64,000 nt of DNA from an uncultured bacterium (GTDB taxonomy: Bacteria > Fidelibacterota > Marinisomatia > Marinisomatales > JABMOV01), in contig CAZZIU010000014.1 of assembly GCA_964654545.1 (NCBI GenBank), positions 899 to 64,898 on the forward strand, given 5' to 3'. The notes beneath the pieces are model-generated. The model saw only the letters and a list, made by a program, of their open reading frames with translations, searched no databases and was not told the DNA's origin. Below are positions 20,588-29,596 of the stretch, piece by piece (position 1 is the stretch's first letter; the number at the start of each line of letters is the position of its first letter). The position numbers were made by a program, and so were the translations under genes.

Positions 20588-23037
20588 GGAATACCCTTCT
20601 ATTGCTTTTGTGTGGATTTTTAATTGCACAAACACCAAAAGTACCGTTGAATTCCACTACCTTGGAAGAATTGCAGGAATTACCTATTCCGGGCGATATT
20701 GCTGAAGCTGTATATGATTATGTGCTTTACCAGGGGCCGGTCACGAATATTTATTCTTTAGGTTCAATTCCTGGTGTGACGGCTGAATATCTTGAAATAT
20801 TAAAAACCCATGTGACCACATCGGAGAAAAAAGTAAAGGGCGTTAATCGGTTGATGGAATTTTCGCGAAGCGTGGAAAATTTTACAGGAACGGAAGGAGT
20901 AAACGAAGGATTGGTAGAAATGTGGTTAGATCGATTGGCAGAGCCCATGAATATCAATGATGCCACCTATGATGATTTAATTGCATTGCAAAATGTAAGT
21001 CCCGTTGATGCGGTTGCCGTACTCAAAAGGTTGGATGAAGGTGAATTGAGTTACCCGCGGGCACTTCGTACTGCATTGGGTTTATCCTATTACGGTTACC
21101 GCAATATGCGTGACTTTTTCGTCTATGGAAGTGATACAACCGCTAAATCCAATCATTTTTGGTACAATACCACATACAAAACAATCCCATCGACCAATTC
21201 ATTTGACAGTGAAGTATCGTCTGGCGATCCCCTTTCCTATCACCCCGCTGATGTACAACATAAAGTATTATTTTCTTATGGTGAGCACTGGAAATTTGGG
21301 ATGATTTATTATCGCGGAATGGGTGAAAGTACACTGTCAGAATCGGATCAAAACGGCCTTTTCCCTTCGATAAAAATATCAGCATCATTAAATGATGTTG
21401 ATGCTGGTGTGGTCAATTTTGATCGAATAATATTAGGTAGTTTCAGTGTCACAATGGGGCAGGGGGTCGTATTTGAAAGTACGGACTTTTTTGCTCCCCG
21501 GCGGTCAGGTTATGGTTGGAGCCGTCGTGTTGTTGGTGCATTTCCTGATGCTTCTAGATCACATGAGTATGCTTTAAACGGGGTTGCCACGCAAACAAGA
21601 ATTGGTCCGTTTCAGGCAATTGGATTCATATCTAAAACACCAAGAGATGCGATTATTAATCCGATTGATAAATCCATATCTACCTTGATATCTCTCTACC
21701 CTCGTATAGATGTTGGCTATTTTGGTGACCTGCCATTTCCAATGTTAAATACCGTGGAAGAAATGACCTATGGAACGCATATTCGCTATTTTCACCAGAG
21801 GGATTTGATTTTGGGATTTTCAGCGTATGAAAGTTTATATGATCGTGTGCTGGATCCCCAAATTCGAAAAACTATTATTCATCCGGACAATCAATGGAGA
21901 TACCTAACCTCTATTGGAAATACGGCTGATACTGAGATTGATGCAATGTATTTATCAGAAGGGTCATCTCCCCTGTGGGATAAAGCAAAATCCTTTCGGA
22001 GAGTGGTGGGTATGGACTTTACCAAAGTAATATCGAATATTGCATTCCAGGGTGAAATTGGTTTATTAGATAAAGATGGTGATATGACCACTTTTTCCAA
22101 GGATCCGCAAGCAAAAGTACTTAGCGGATATATGCAATTTGATAATTTAAATATTTTGGTATTGTACCGTGATTATGACCTTGGATTCGATAATCCTTAC
22201 CAACGTTCCTTTTCTAATTATCAGCGCTACAAAGGATCCATTTTTGAAGATACGTTTTATTTAACCGACCCTATTTATGGATTTTTATATACGGGCATAG
22301 CCCAACCACAGGCGGAAAGAGGTATATATTTTTCAAGCCGATACCAATTTCATCAGCAATTTGTAGTGACCACAGATTTTGATACCTGGACGCGAGTTGC
22401 AGATAACGCACGGTATTACCGGACGGTCATTAGACTTCAGTATAGACCAACCTTTAATTATAGAATTAATATTCGACAAAAATGGCAGGAAAGAGGAGCC
22501 TTTGACAGTTTCGATCCGTCCGCATTTTATTCCCGGGAAACAATTCTCCGATTTCAGATGCGATTATCCAATTATGACCAGCTGGAATTAATTTACGGTC
22601 GTTCCGCCGTCGATTTTACTGCCCGCAGAAGATTATCTGCTGATTACGAAAGTGGCGGTCAGAATCTGGCCTTAGTAGGCAATAAAAATTCGCTTGGGCA
22701 ATCTGTAGGATTTCGCGTAATACATCATTTCCAAAACAATTCAAGAATCTCTTTCCATACGCTGTTTTATCAAGGATTCGTCTGGAGTTTTGAAGAGACA
22801 GATTTTCGCGTATTCGATAGCCTATCCGATGCGGTCCGTTATTATGTTGCCTACAGTTCCCGCTTAGGACAAAACTGGATGCTGCGACTTAAATGGACCA
22901 ATGATATTCAATTGCCAATTACAAACTATTATTATGCCGATAGTGAAAGTGCTTCGATGTATGACCGTAGCCTACAAGACATTTATCCAATCACCCAAAA
23001 CTCTGATGTTCGGGTACAAATTGATTACACTTTTTAG
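20584..23037 (+). CDS. ComEA-like tandem helix-hairpin-helix N-terminal region fused to a large (~600 aa) predicted outer-membrane beta-barrel
   Basis: TTG start overlapping the upstream stop (TTGA). Signal ..GFLIA|Q. HhH-like modules: LNSTTLEELQELPIPGDIAEAVYDYVLYQGPV..LGSIPGVTAEYLEIL and MNINDATYDDLIALQNVSPVDAVAVLKRL. The remainder is rich in aromatics and alternating residues and ends VRVQIDYTF. Confidence 0.6.
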   Translation: MRNTLLLLLCGFLIAQTPKVPLNSTTLEELQELPIPGDIAEAVYDYVLYQGPVTNIYSLGSIPGVTAEYLEILKTHVTTSEKKVKGVNRLMEFSRSVENFTGTEGVNEGLVEMWLDRLAEPMNINDATYDDLIALQNVSPVDAVAVLKRLDEGELSYPRALRTALGLSYYGYRNMRDFFVYGSDTTAKSNHFWYNTTYKTIPSTNSFDSEVSSGDPLSYHPADVQHKVLFSYGEHWKFGMIYYRGMGESTLSESDQNGLFPSIKISASLNDVDAGVVNFDRIILGSFSVTMGQGVVFESTDFFAPRRSGYGWSRRVVGAFPDASRSHEYALNGVATQTRIGPFQAIGFISKTPRDAIINPIDKSISTLISLYPRIDVGYFGDLPFPMLNTVEEMTYGTHIRYFHQRDLILGFSAYESLYDRVLDPQIRKTIIHPDNQWRYLTSIGNTADTEIDAMYLSEGSSPLWDKAKSFRRVVGMDFTKVISNIAFQGEIGLLDKDGDMTTFSKDPQAKVLSGYMQFDNLNILVLYRDYDLGFDNPYQRSFSNYQRYKGSIFEDTFYLTDPIYGFLYTGIAQPQAERGIYFSSRYQFHQQFVVTTDFDTWTRVADNARYYRTVIRLQYRPTFNYRINIRQKWQERGAFDSFDPSAFYSRETILRFQMRLSNYDQLELIYGRSAVDFTARRRLSADYESGGQNLALVGNKNSLGQSVGFRVIHHFQNNSRISFHTLFYQGFVWSFEETDFRVFDSLSDAVRYYVAYSSRLGQNWMLRLKWTNDIQLPITNYYYADSESASMYDRSLQDIYPITQNSDVRVQIDYTF

Positions 23038-23044
23038 GATTAAC

Positions 23045-24388
23045 ATGAAATACACTTATATTTCAAATCTTTTATTACTAATTACGGGTGCATCCACCAT
23101 ATTTGCACAATCCTATTTCCCATTATACCCAAACGAATTAAGTGGTTATAGTGCTCAATTAATAGGCAGTGCCGGGACAGGTATTGCATCCAATCCAGGG
23201 GTTTCGTGTATCTGGGGAAATCCGGCCATGCTTGGCTCCATAAACGGCAGATTCAATTCAAGTTTTACTTTCGGAGTCCAAAGAAGTGAAGAGTTTCGAT
23301 CAGTAAATATGATCGACTCGTTTGATGATGTAGTTACAAAAAGTGCCTATGCCAGTAATCGCAATTTCTATACCCTAACTCATGGAGGAATGGTAACCTC
23401 ATTACCGTCAGTGTTCGATAAAATTAATGTTGGGATTGGAGTGATGCCCTATTGGGATTACCGCTACAATTATTCTGAAGAAGTTCGAGGAAATTTAAGT
23501 TCCGGTAATTACAACCGTGACCCTCTCGTAGGTTATCATACCATTGAGCGTTCCGGTAAAATCTACGCCACTGGAATTGGTACAGCGCTAAATATTGTAC
23601 CTGCATTGGATTTAGGTTTATCCGTTTCCTGGTTGCAATCATTCAACCTTATGAGTAGACAGGGTATTATATCATCTGATTCGAATATAGATGATGCATT
23701 AGCAGGTGAACCCTATTCTGTCGGCGGTGATATAACATTAAGCAAATCGGCTCTGTTGGTGAATGCAGGTGTTCTACTGCGATTATCGGAAATGGATCAC
23801 ATTGGTTTTATGTATCGTTCGGGAGTATCCCTTACACTGAATGGATTACCATGGTATCCATCCCTGGCACCGGAATCTCAGCTGCCAACCACGTACGTAA
23901 ATATGGATACAACCTTTGCCCATACGATCACAATGCCGCCAGAGATTGGAATCGGTGTTCAACACAAAGTAGGGCACAGTATTTATCCCACAACTATAAA
24001 TGTGGAAGTGCGTTATAGGGATTGGACGCTTTATGAATATGCTTTTAATCCCATGATTGATTCATTAAGCACCCTGGATTACCCATTTGAATCAACGTTT
24101 GATGTGCGTTCAAGCGTGGAATACCTTGTGAGAAATAGATATCCTGTGCGATTCGGATTTATTTACAAAGGTTCTCCTATGGGCTCAGATTTTGAAACCA
24201 CGACCATCACACTTGGAACGTCACACGTATTTGGTCCGATGACGCTGGACGTGGGTGGATGGTTTAATTACATGAGTTATATCTATGATGACATTTTTAT
24301 TGCAAGTGGTTATACGGGAGAACCTGCTAAAGAGACGGTCCAGGAATGGAACAGTCAATTGGTAATGACTTTAACTTATTCATTTTAA
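23045..24388 (+). CDS. FadL/TodX-like outer-membrane channel protein
   Basis: Internal ATG 23045 gives the signal MKYTYISNLLLLITGASTIFA|Q. SGYSAQLIGSAGTGIASNPGVSCIWGNPAML resembles the FadL N-terminal signature (SS.G.G.A....NPA). At 447 aa it is FadL-sized. Ends MTLTYSF. Confidence 0.6.
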   Translation: MKYTYISNLLLLITGASTIFAQSYFPLYPNELSGYSAQLIGSAGTGIASNPGVSCIWGNPAMLGSINGRFNSSFTFGVQRSEEFRSVNMIDSFDDVVTKSAYASNRNFYTLTHGGMVTSLPSVFDKINVGIGVMPYWDYRYNYSEEVRGNLSSGNYNRDPLVGYHTIERSGKIYATGIGTALNIVPALDLGLSVSWLQSFNLMSRQGIISSDSNIDDALAGEPYSVGGDITLSKSALLVNAGVLLRLSEMDHIGFMYRSGVSLTLNGLPWYPSLAPESQLPTTYVNMDTTFAHTITMPPEIGIGVQHKVGHSIYPTTINVEVRYRDWTLYEYAFNPMIDSLSTLDYPFESTFDVRSSVEYLVRNRYPVRFGFIYKGSPMGSDFETTTITLGTSHVFGPMTLDVGGWFNYMSYIYDDIFIASGYTGEPAKETVQEWNSQLVMTLTYSF

Positions 24389-26304
24389 TGAGAAGAATTC
24401 TTTCAGTCATTTTATCCTTTTCTGCGATTCTGATTGCAGGTGAAGGTGATATTTTGGAAGTAAATCTAATTTTCACCAACGAAATCCAGGGTTCCATTCA
24501 TCAGGTTCCGGCCCGGTTCATGAACCCGGAATATCCACCACTGTTAACCGGCGGCGCTGGTGCCTATACCTATGTGAACTCGGTTCGTGACGGCATTGAT
24601 AGTCCAGTTCTCCTGCTGGACGGCGGAGATTTTTTTCAAGGAACACCGTTAGGGACTCATGATGCAGGAAAATCGATCATCACATGGATGAATTGGATGC
24701 AATATGATGCATTGGTTCCCGGCGTGTTTGATTTTATTCTGGGTAGAGATGCACTGGCACACACTGCTTCCACTGCACACTTCCCATTTCTTGCCGCCAA
24801 TATCATTGAAAAGGAAACGGGAAAAAACCCGGACTTTGTAAAACCATATATCCTTAAAGAAATAGACGGTGTAACGTTTGGCATCATTGGTTTGGCTTCG
24901 CCAATGGTGAAAGATCAAATTGTTGCTGAGAAGTATGAAGGATTGATCTTTCAATCCCCACTGGAAGTTCTTGATAGATGGGTAAGCGAGGTGAAAACAC
25001 AGGGTGCAGATATTGTCATCCTACTGTCCAGCCTGGGATTACCCTATGAAAGGGAATCCGTATTTGATGAGTTTACCGATCAGATAGACACACAATCTTC
25101 TGAAATGCAAAATGAAACATTGGACGCAATCGTTTTGGCGCATTATGCAAAAGGTGTGGATATCATTGTGACCGGTGGAGTTTCCAAAGGATATGACACA
25201 CCTTGGATTGATCCTGAAACACATGTGCTGGTAGTGCAGAATTACGGCAACATTACTGGAATTGGTCATTTGATTTTACAGATCGACAGAAATGTAAAAA
25301 CTCTAACAGGATATCAATACCCGACCAAAAGAGGAATGATGATTAGCTTGCTGGAGGATGATGTTGCCGCCGACCCGGTGATAGCAGATTCAATCTCAAA
25401 CTGGGTTGAGAATTCAACACCTCCTCTCCACTTCTTAGATGATACTATAAAGGATGCTGTATTTATAGAACAGAACACAACATTATTCACAATGGATAAT
25501 TTTAACATTCCAGCAATAGGCACAGCCGATAGAATGGATATTATGACTTGGAATCTGGAATGGTTCCCGGCTGCGGGGGATACGACGATTGAGTATGTCA
25601 GTGAAGTCCTGCACGATCTAAATCTAGATATTGTTGCTCTTCAGGAAATAAAAAATATGGGGTGGTTTGGAAAATTGATGGAGCAAATTCCTGAATACGG
25701 GTACATTTTAACAAAACAATCCTCCTTTTTGAATCAAGCCATTATCTATCGAAAAGAAAATCTGGCTGTCCTCGATTATTATGAGCCATTTGCAATGGAT
25801 GATTATTTCTTTGCAGGACGACCACCCCTGCTGGTGAATTTTGCATATAATGACGGCTATACTGTAAAAGTCTTTACCGTAGTAAATCTCCACCTGAAGT
25901 GTTGCGGTGATGGTTTATATCGCAGGCAACGTTCTTTAGAGTGGCTGCACGATTATCTCTTGGAATATATGGCTGTAGGGCAGGATAGAATTGTGGTTTT
26001 AGGGGATTTGAATGACCAATTGGACGATGAGCCGGTATTTAATTCATTTTATCCGTTTCTTGATGATCCTGCAAATTTTTATTTTGTAACAGAATCCATT
26101 CATGATGATGCTTCACAGGCATCCTATCCCAGCTGGCCCAGTTTTCTTGATCACATTATAATTGGCAAAGGATTTTTCAATGATCACCAGCAAAGTGGAT
26201 CAATCCAGACGGTTCAGGTAGACGACTATGTAGGTAGTTGGGAATTATATGAGTCTACCATGTCCGACCATCTACCTGTTTTGTGGTCCTTTAAATTCAA
26301 ATAA
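24388..26304 (+). CDS. fusion protein: degenerate 5'-nucleotidase/metallophosphatase-like N-half + EEP nuclease/phosphatase C-half
   Basis: Internal ATG 24388 (TAATG overlap). The N-half aligns to UshA-type motifs, but the catalytic residues are replaced (TNEIQGS for TNDxHG, PGVFDF for GNHEFD, GGVSKG for GGHSH). GGDFFQGT is retained. The C-half EEP is intact: MTWNLEWF, ALQEIKN, VLGDLND, SDHLPVLWSF. Confidence 0.75.
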   Translation: MRRILSVILSFSAILIAGEGDILEVNLIFTNEIQGSIHQVPARFMNPEYPPLLTGGAGAYTYVNSVRDGIDSPVLLLDGGDFFQGTPLGTHDAGKSIITWMNWMQYDALVPGVFDFILGRDALAHTASTAHFPFLAANIIEKETGKNPDFVKPYILKEIDGVTFGIIGLASPMVKDQIVAEKYEGLIFQSPLEVLDRWVSEVKTQGADIVILLSSLGLPYERESVFDEFTDQIDTQSSEMQNETLDAIVLAHYAKGVDIIVTGGVSKGYDTPWIDPETHVLVVQNYGNITGIGHLILQIDRNVKTLTGYQYPTKRGMMISLLEDDVAADPVIADSISNWVENSTPPLHFLDDTIKDAVFIEQNTTLFTMDNFNIPAIGTADRMDIMTWNLEWFPAAGDTTIEYVSEVLHDLNLDIVALQEIKNMGWFGKLMEQIPEYGYILTKQSSFLNQAIIYRKENLAVLDYYEPFAMDDYFFAGRPPLLVNFAYNDGYTVKVFTVVNLHLKCCGDGLYRRQRSLEWLHDYLLEYMAVGQDRIVVLGDLNDQLDDEPVFNSFYPFLDDPANFYFVTESIHDDASQASYPSWPSFLDHIIIGKGFFNDHQQSGSIQTVQVDDYVGSWELYESTMSDHLPVLWSFKFK

Positions 26305-26308
26305 CATC

Positions 26309-27241
26309 ATGCTAAGAATACTTAGCTGGATATTGGCAATAGGTCTTATTCTGCTGATAGCCAGTTGTGCCAAACCCACTGAACCTCAGGACTTGCCAGA
26401 TGATAATGGAACGTCATCGCTTCCATATCCTTCATTACATATTGGAACGGATTCTACCTTTGAAATTGGTACCTGGAATTTGCTGAATTATCCCCACGCA
26501 TCCACATCAAACGTATATATCACTGATATATTAAAGTCGCTGGATGTGGATATGGTTTGTTTCCAGGAAATTAGTAATTCTTTGCAATTTGCCAACATGG
26601 TAAACCTGCTTAATGATATTGATTCGGTAAATACATGGGTTGGGCATGTGGGAAATTCTACCAATTATGACGGACAGGATTTGGCTGTGATTTATAAGGC
26701 CGATATAATTTCACAAATAGAATTCACGGATATTTTTACGAATGAAAGTGGGGCATTTCCTCGTTCTCCATTGAAAATTAAATTTACACTGAACGATGAG
26801 ACATTTATTGTCATTGATAATCATTTAAAAGCCTATGATTCTCAAGAGGATAGAGATAGAAGAAAGAATGCTTGCTCATTGCTGGATACATATATTGATT
26901 CGACCTATCCAAATGACAATGTGATTATCCTTGGTGACATGAACGATGAGGTTACGGATGGCTCTAGTGAGAATGTATTTTTAGCATTTATTGATTCGCC
27001 AGGTGACTATAAAATCGCTGATATGATCATAGCAAGGGGATCTTCACAAAATTGGTCCTACCCAACCTGGCCAAGCCATATTGATCATATTATTATTACC
27101 AATGAATTGTATGATGAGTTTAGCGGAAGCGGTGCAGCAATCAACACAATCCGGATTGATGATGCATTGGACGGTGGTTGGTATGAATATGAAACCAACA
27201 TTTCGGATCACAGACCGGTGGTTTGGTCATTTCCCTTGTAA
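26309..27241 (+). CDS. EEP-family nuclease/phosphatase lipoprotein
   Basis: Internal ATG 26309 gives the lipoprotein signal MLRILSWILAIGLILLIAS|C. EEP blocks: IGTWNLLNY, VCFQEISN, IILGDMNDE, SDHRPVVWSF. Confidence 0.8.
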   Translation: MLRILSWILAIGLILLIASCAKPTEPQDLPDDNGTSSLPYPSLHIGTDSTFEIGTWNLLNYPHASTSNVYITDILKSLDVDMVCFQEISNSLQFANMVNLLNDIDSVNTWVGHVGNSTNYDGQDLAVIYKADIISQIEFTDIFTNESGAFPRSPLKIKFTLNDETFIVIDNHLKAYDSQEDRDRRKNACSLLDTYIDSTYPNDNVIILGDMNDEVTDGSSENVFLAFIDSPGDYKIADMIIARGSSQNWSYPTWPSHIDHIIITNELYDEFSGSGAAINTIRIDDALDGGWYEYETNISDHRPVVWSFPL

Positions 27242-27464
27242 AATATTTCAATTATGTTTTAAATGCACTTCAAATAATTACCCCAAAGCAAGGAAAGATG
27301 AATCGGAATTGGGATACATGAAACCAACGAAAATTCGAGTAAAAAGATAGGAGAATTATTGACTGATTACATTACTTGAGGTAATTTGTCTGGTCTGTAA
27401 AAGGCACGAGGTAAGAAGACAAAATTGGGATGAGCGGAATCCCGTTTTTACTCTGATGGGATAG

Positions 27465-29579
27465 GTGATTTACAACAAATATAATATTCGTGCTATCTGT
27501 ACAATTCTAATTTGTATTTCATCCGTTCAGGCACAGTTTGCACCAGATGTATATGATCAATATACAAGTGTAAATCAATTGGGTCTGACCATAACAAATT
27601 ATGGTGTCCTAGGCAATGATTTAAGACGGATTAATGGTGAGATTTTACCATCATGTAAGTATAAGCAACACTCTGATGTTCTTCGAGAACAGGTTGAGCA
27701 TTTTTCATTTGCAGGAGTTTATATAGGTGGTATTGTAAACGGAGAGCGACGTGTAAGCACATCCATTATAGATGGTCAATTCGAATCCGGTACAGAAGGG
27801 TTTGAGTTTTTTCCTACTTCTGGAATCGATATACGTTCAACCATTTCCACTACTTCAGAGGATCCCATATCACAATATTTTGATACATCAGCAGTATCCC
27901 ATCAGGATATGATTATAAATTTTCGAGATTATGGACAGGTTATCCCCAATCATGAGCCATTAGGCATCGATGTTCACTTGGAATCCTATTCCTGGAATTT
28001 CAATTTTGCAGATGCATTTGATATTTTAAGCTATACAATTACTAATTCATCGCAGGATACGATTAGGGATATATATGCAGGAATATGGGTTGATGCGATT
28101 ATTGTCAATCCAAACTATACAGATATATACAACGGCGTAAGCAGACCGTTTTATTATCATCTTGACGGGTTTGATGAATCATCTGATGAATCTGGGTTTA
28201 ATCGTGATATTGCATATGTATATGATGCTGACGGGGATGATGGATGGTCGGAAACATACCTTGGAATAAAAAGGCTTGGCGGGAATGTTCCTGCAAAATA
28301 TCTCAATTCTCATTATGGCCAGTGGCTATGGAGTGGTTCATCATCAGAATACCCATCCTACATACAGGCACAAAACGATATAGAGCGCTATGAAATTATG
28401 ACATCCAGTGTACCAAAGGGATCAGTGGAAGCGCTCTACACTAGTGAAGGATATCCAAATCAACCTAATAGCTGGTTATTCCAGTTATCATCAGGACCAT
28501 TTGGAAGTTTACCTTTATCTCCCGATTCTACAAGTTGGGCATTACCACCAGGAGAGTCCTGTAATGTTGTATTTGCAGTCGTTGCCGCTCGCTGGAATGG
28601 TGGCGGAGATGACAGTCCCGAAAGAAGAGAAAATCTTTATATCAATTCTGATTGGGCACAACAAGCCTATGATGGGGAAGATAAAAACCGGAATAATATA
28701 TTGGATCCAAATGAAGATGTTAATGGAAATAATATACTGGACAGGTACATATTACCGGAACCTCCACCGAATCCTAATGTCCACGTTCAGGTTGGAGATA
28801 AATCCACAACAATCTATTGGTCTAATGAGGCTGAAAAATTTATCGATCCCATAAGTCAGAAAATTGACTTTGAAGGATATCGAATCTATGGCGCTCGAAA
28901 AACGGCTGGAGATGAATCAATAGAATTTACACTTTTAGGTGATTTTGATGTGTTTATTGACAGTATTCTAAATATTGGATATAACACAGGACTTGATGCT
29001 ATAGAAATTAGAGATGAGAATCAAAATCCCGATTCGGTTTTCATTGATGGACAGGTTTATCATTATAAATTTGAAAACACAGGAATCAATAATGGATGGT
29101 TAAGTTACTACTCGGTAACTGCCTATGATCGCGGTGATCCTGAAGCAAATCTGAAAAGTCTGGAAAGTTCAGTTTACTCAAACAGAGTATATGTCTATCC
29201 TGGTACTACGCCAGCGCACCCGGACTCGGTATGGAATCCAACTGTATACCCAAATCCTTATCGCGGCCAGGCAAAGTGGGATGGTTATGGGAATCGACAA
29301 CGAATGATCTGGTTTCGTCATCTCCCGAAACAAGCCGAAATTAGAATTTTCACACTCGCCGGTGATTTGGTGGACGTGATTCAGCATTCTGAAACATACC
29401 GGGGCGAAGATGTAGCAATCATTGATAGTAGAAAAAACCCCTTAATGAGCGGTGGCGAACATGCGTGGGACCTGATAACCAGATACGATCAGGCCATCGC
29501 TTCAGGGTTATACCTCTTCACGGTGGAAAACACCGAAACGCATGAAATAAAGGAAGGAAAATTCCTGATCATTAAATAA
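27465..29579 (+). CDS. hypothetical secreted protein with a Ca-binding-like DxDxNG repeat and a FlgD-Ig-like C-terminal domain
   Basis: GTG start. Signal ..ISSVQA|Q. DGEDKNRNNILDPNEDVNGNNILD lies at 28671-28742. C-terminus: VYPNPYRGQAKWDG...IRIFTLAGDLV...GLYLFTVEN...FLIIK. I recognise no catalytic motif. Confidence 0.5.
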   Translation: MIYNKYNIRAICTILICISSVQAQFAPDVYDQYTSVNQLGLTITNYGVLGNDLRRINGEILPSCKYKQHSDVLREQVEHFSFAGVYIGGIVNGERRVSTSIIDGQFESGTEGFEFFPTSGIDIRSTISTTSEDPISQYFDTSAVSHQDMIINFRDYGQVIPNHEPLGIDVHLESYSWNFNFADAFDILSYTITNSSQDTIRDIYAGIWVDAIIVNPNYTDIYNGVSRPFYYHLDGFDESSDESGFNRDIAYVYDADGDDGWSETYLGIKRLGGNVPAKYLNSHYGQWLWSGSSSEYPSYIQAQNDIERYEIMTSSVPKGSVEALYTSEGYPNQPNSWLFQLSSGPFGSLPLSPDSTSWALPPGESCNVVFAVVAARWNGGGDDSPERRENLYINSDWAQQAYDGEDKNRNNILDPNEDVNGNNILDRYILPEPPPNPNVHVQVGDKSTTIYWSNEAEKFIDPISQKIDFEGYRIYGARKTAGDESIEFTLLGDFDVFIDSILNIGYNTGLDAIEIRDENQNPDSVFIDGQVYHYKFENTGINNGWLSYYSVTAYDRGDPEANLKSLESSVYSNRVYVYPGTTPAHPDSVWNPTVYPNPYRGQAKWDGYGNRQRMIWFRHLPKQAEIRIFTLAGDLVDVIQHSETYRGEDVAIIDSRKNPLMSGGEHAWDLITRYDQAIASGLYLFTVENTETHEIKEGKFLIIK

Positions 29580-29596
29580 AGAAACAGGAGCATAGA

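Noticed and set aside
24388-25500. Calling the N-half of the 24388 protein an active 5'-nucleotidase/UshA.
   Set aside because: The metallophosphatase His and Asn ligands in motifs I, III and V appear substituted (TNEIQGS, PGVFDF, GGVSKG). Only a 5'-nucleotidase-like fold is claimed.
27427-27449. A small hairpin, GGGAT-gagcgga-ATCCC, followed by GTTTTT between the EEP lipoprotein gene and the 27465 gene. It is a possible terminator.
   Set aside because: The stem is only 5 bp and lies 15 nt before the next start codon. That is too weak to call.
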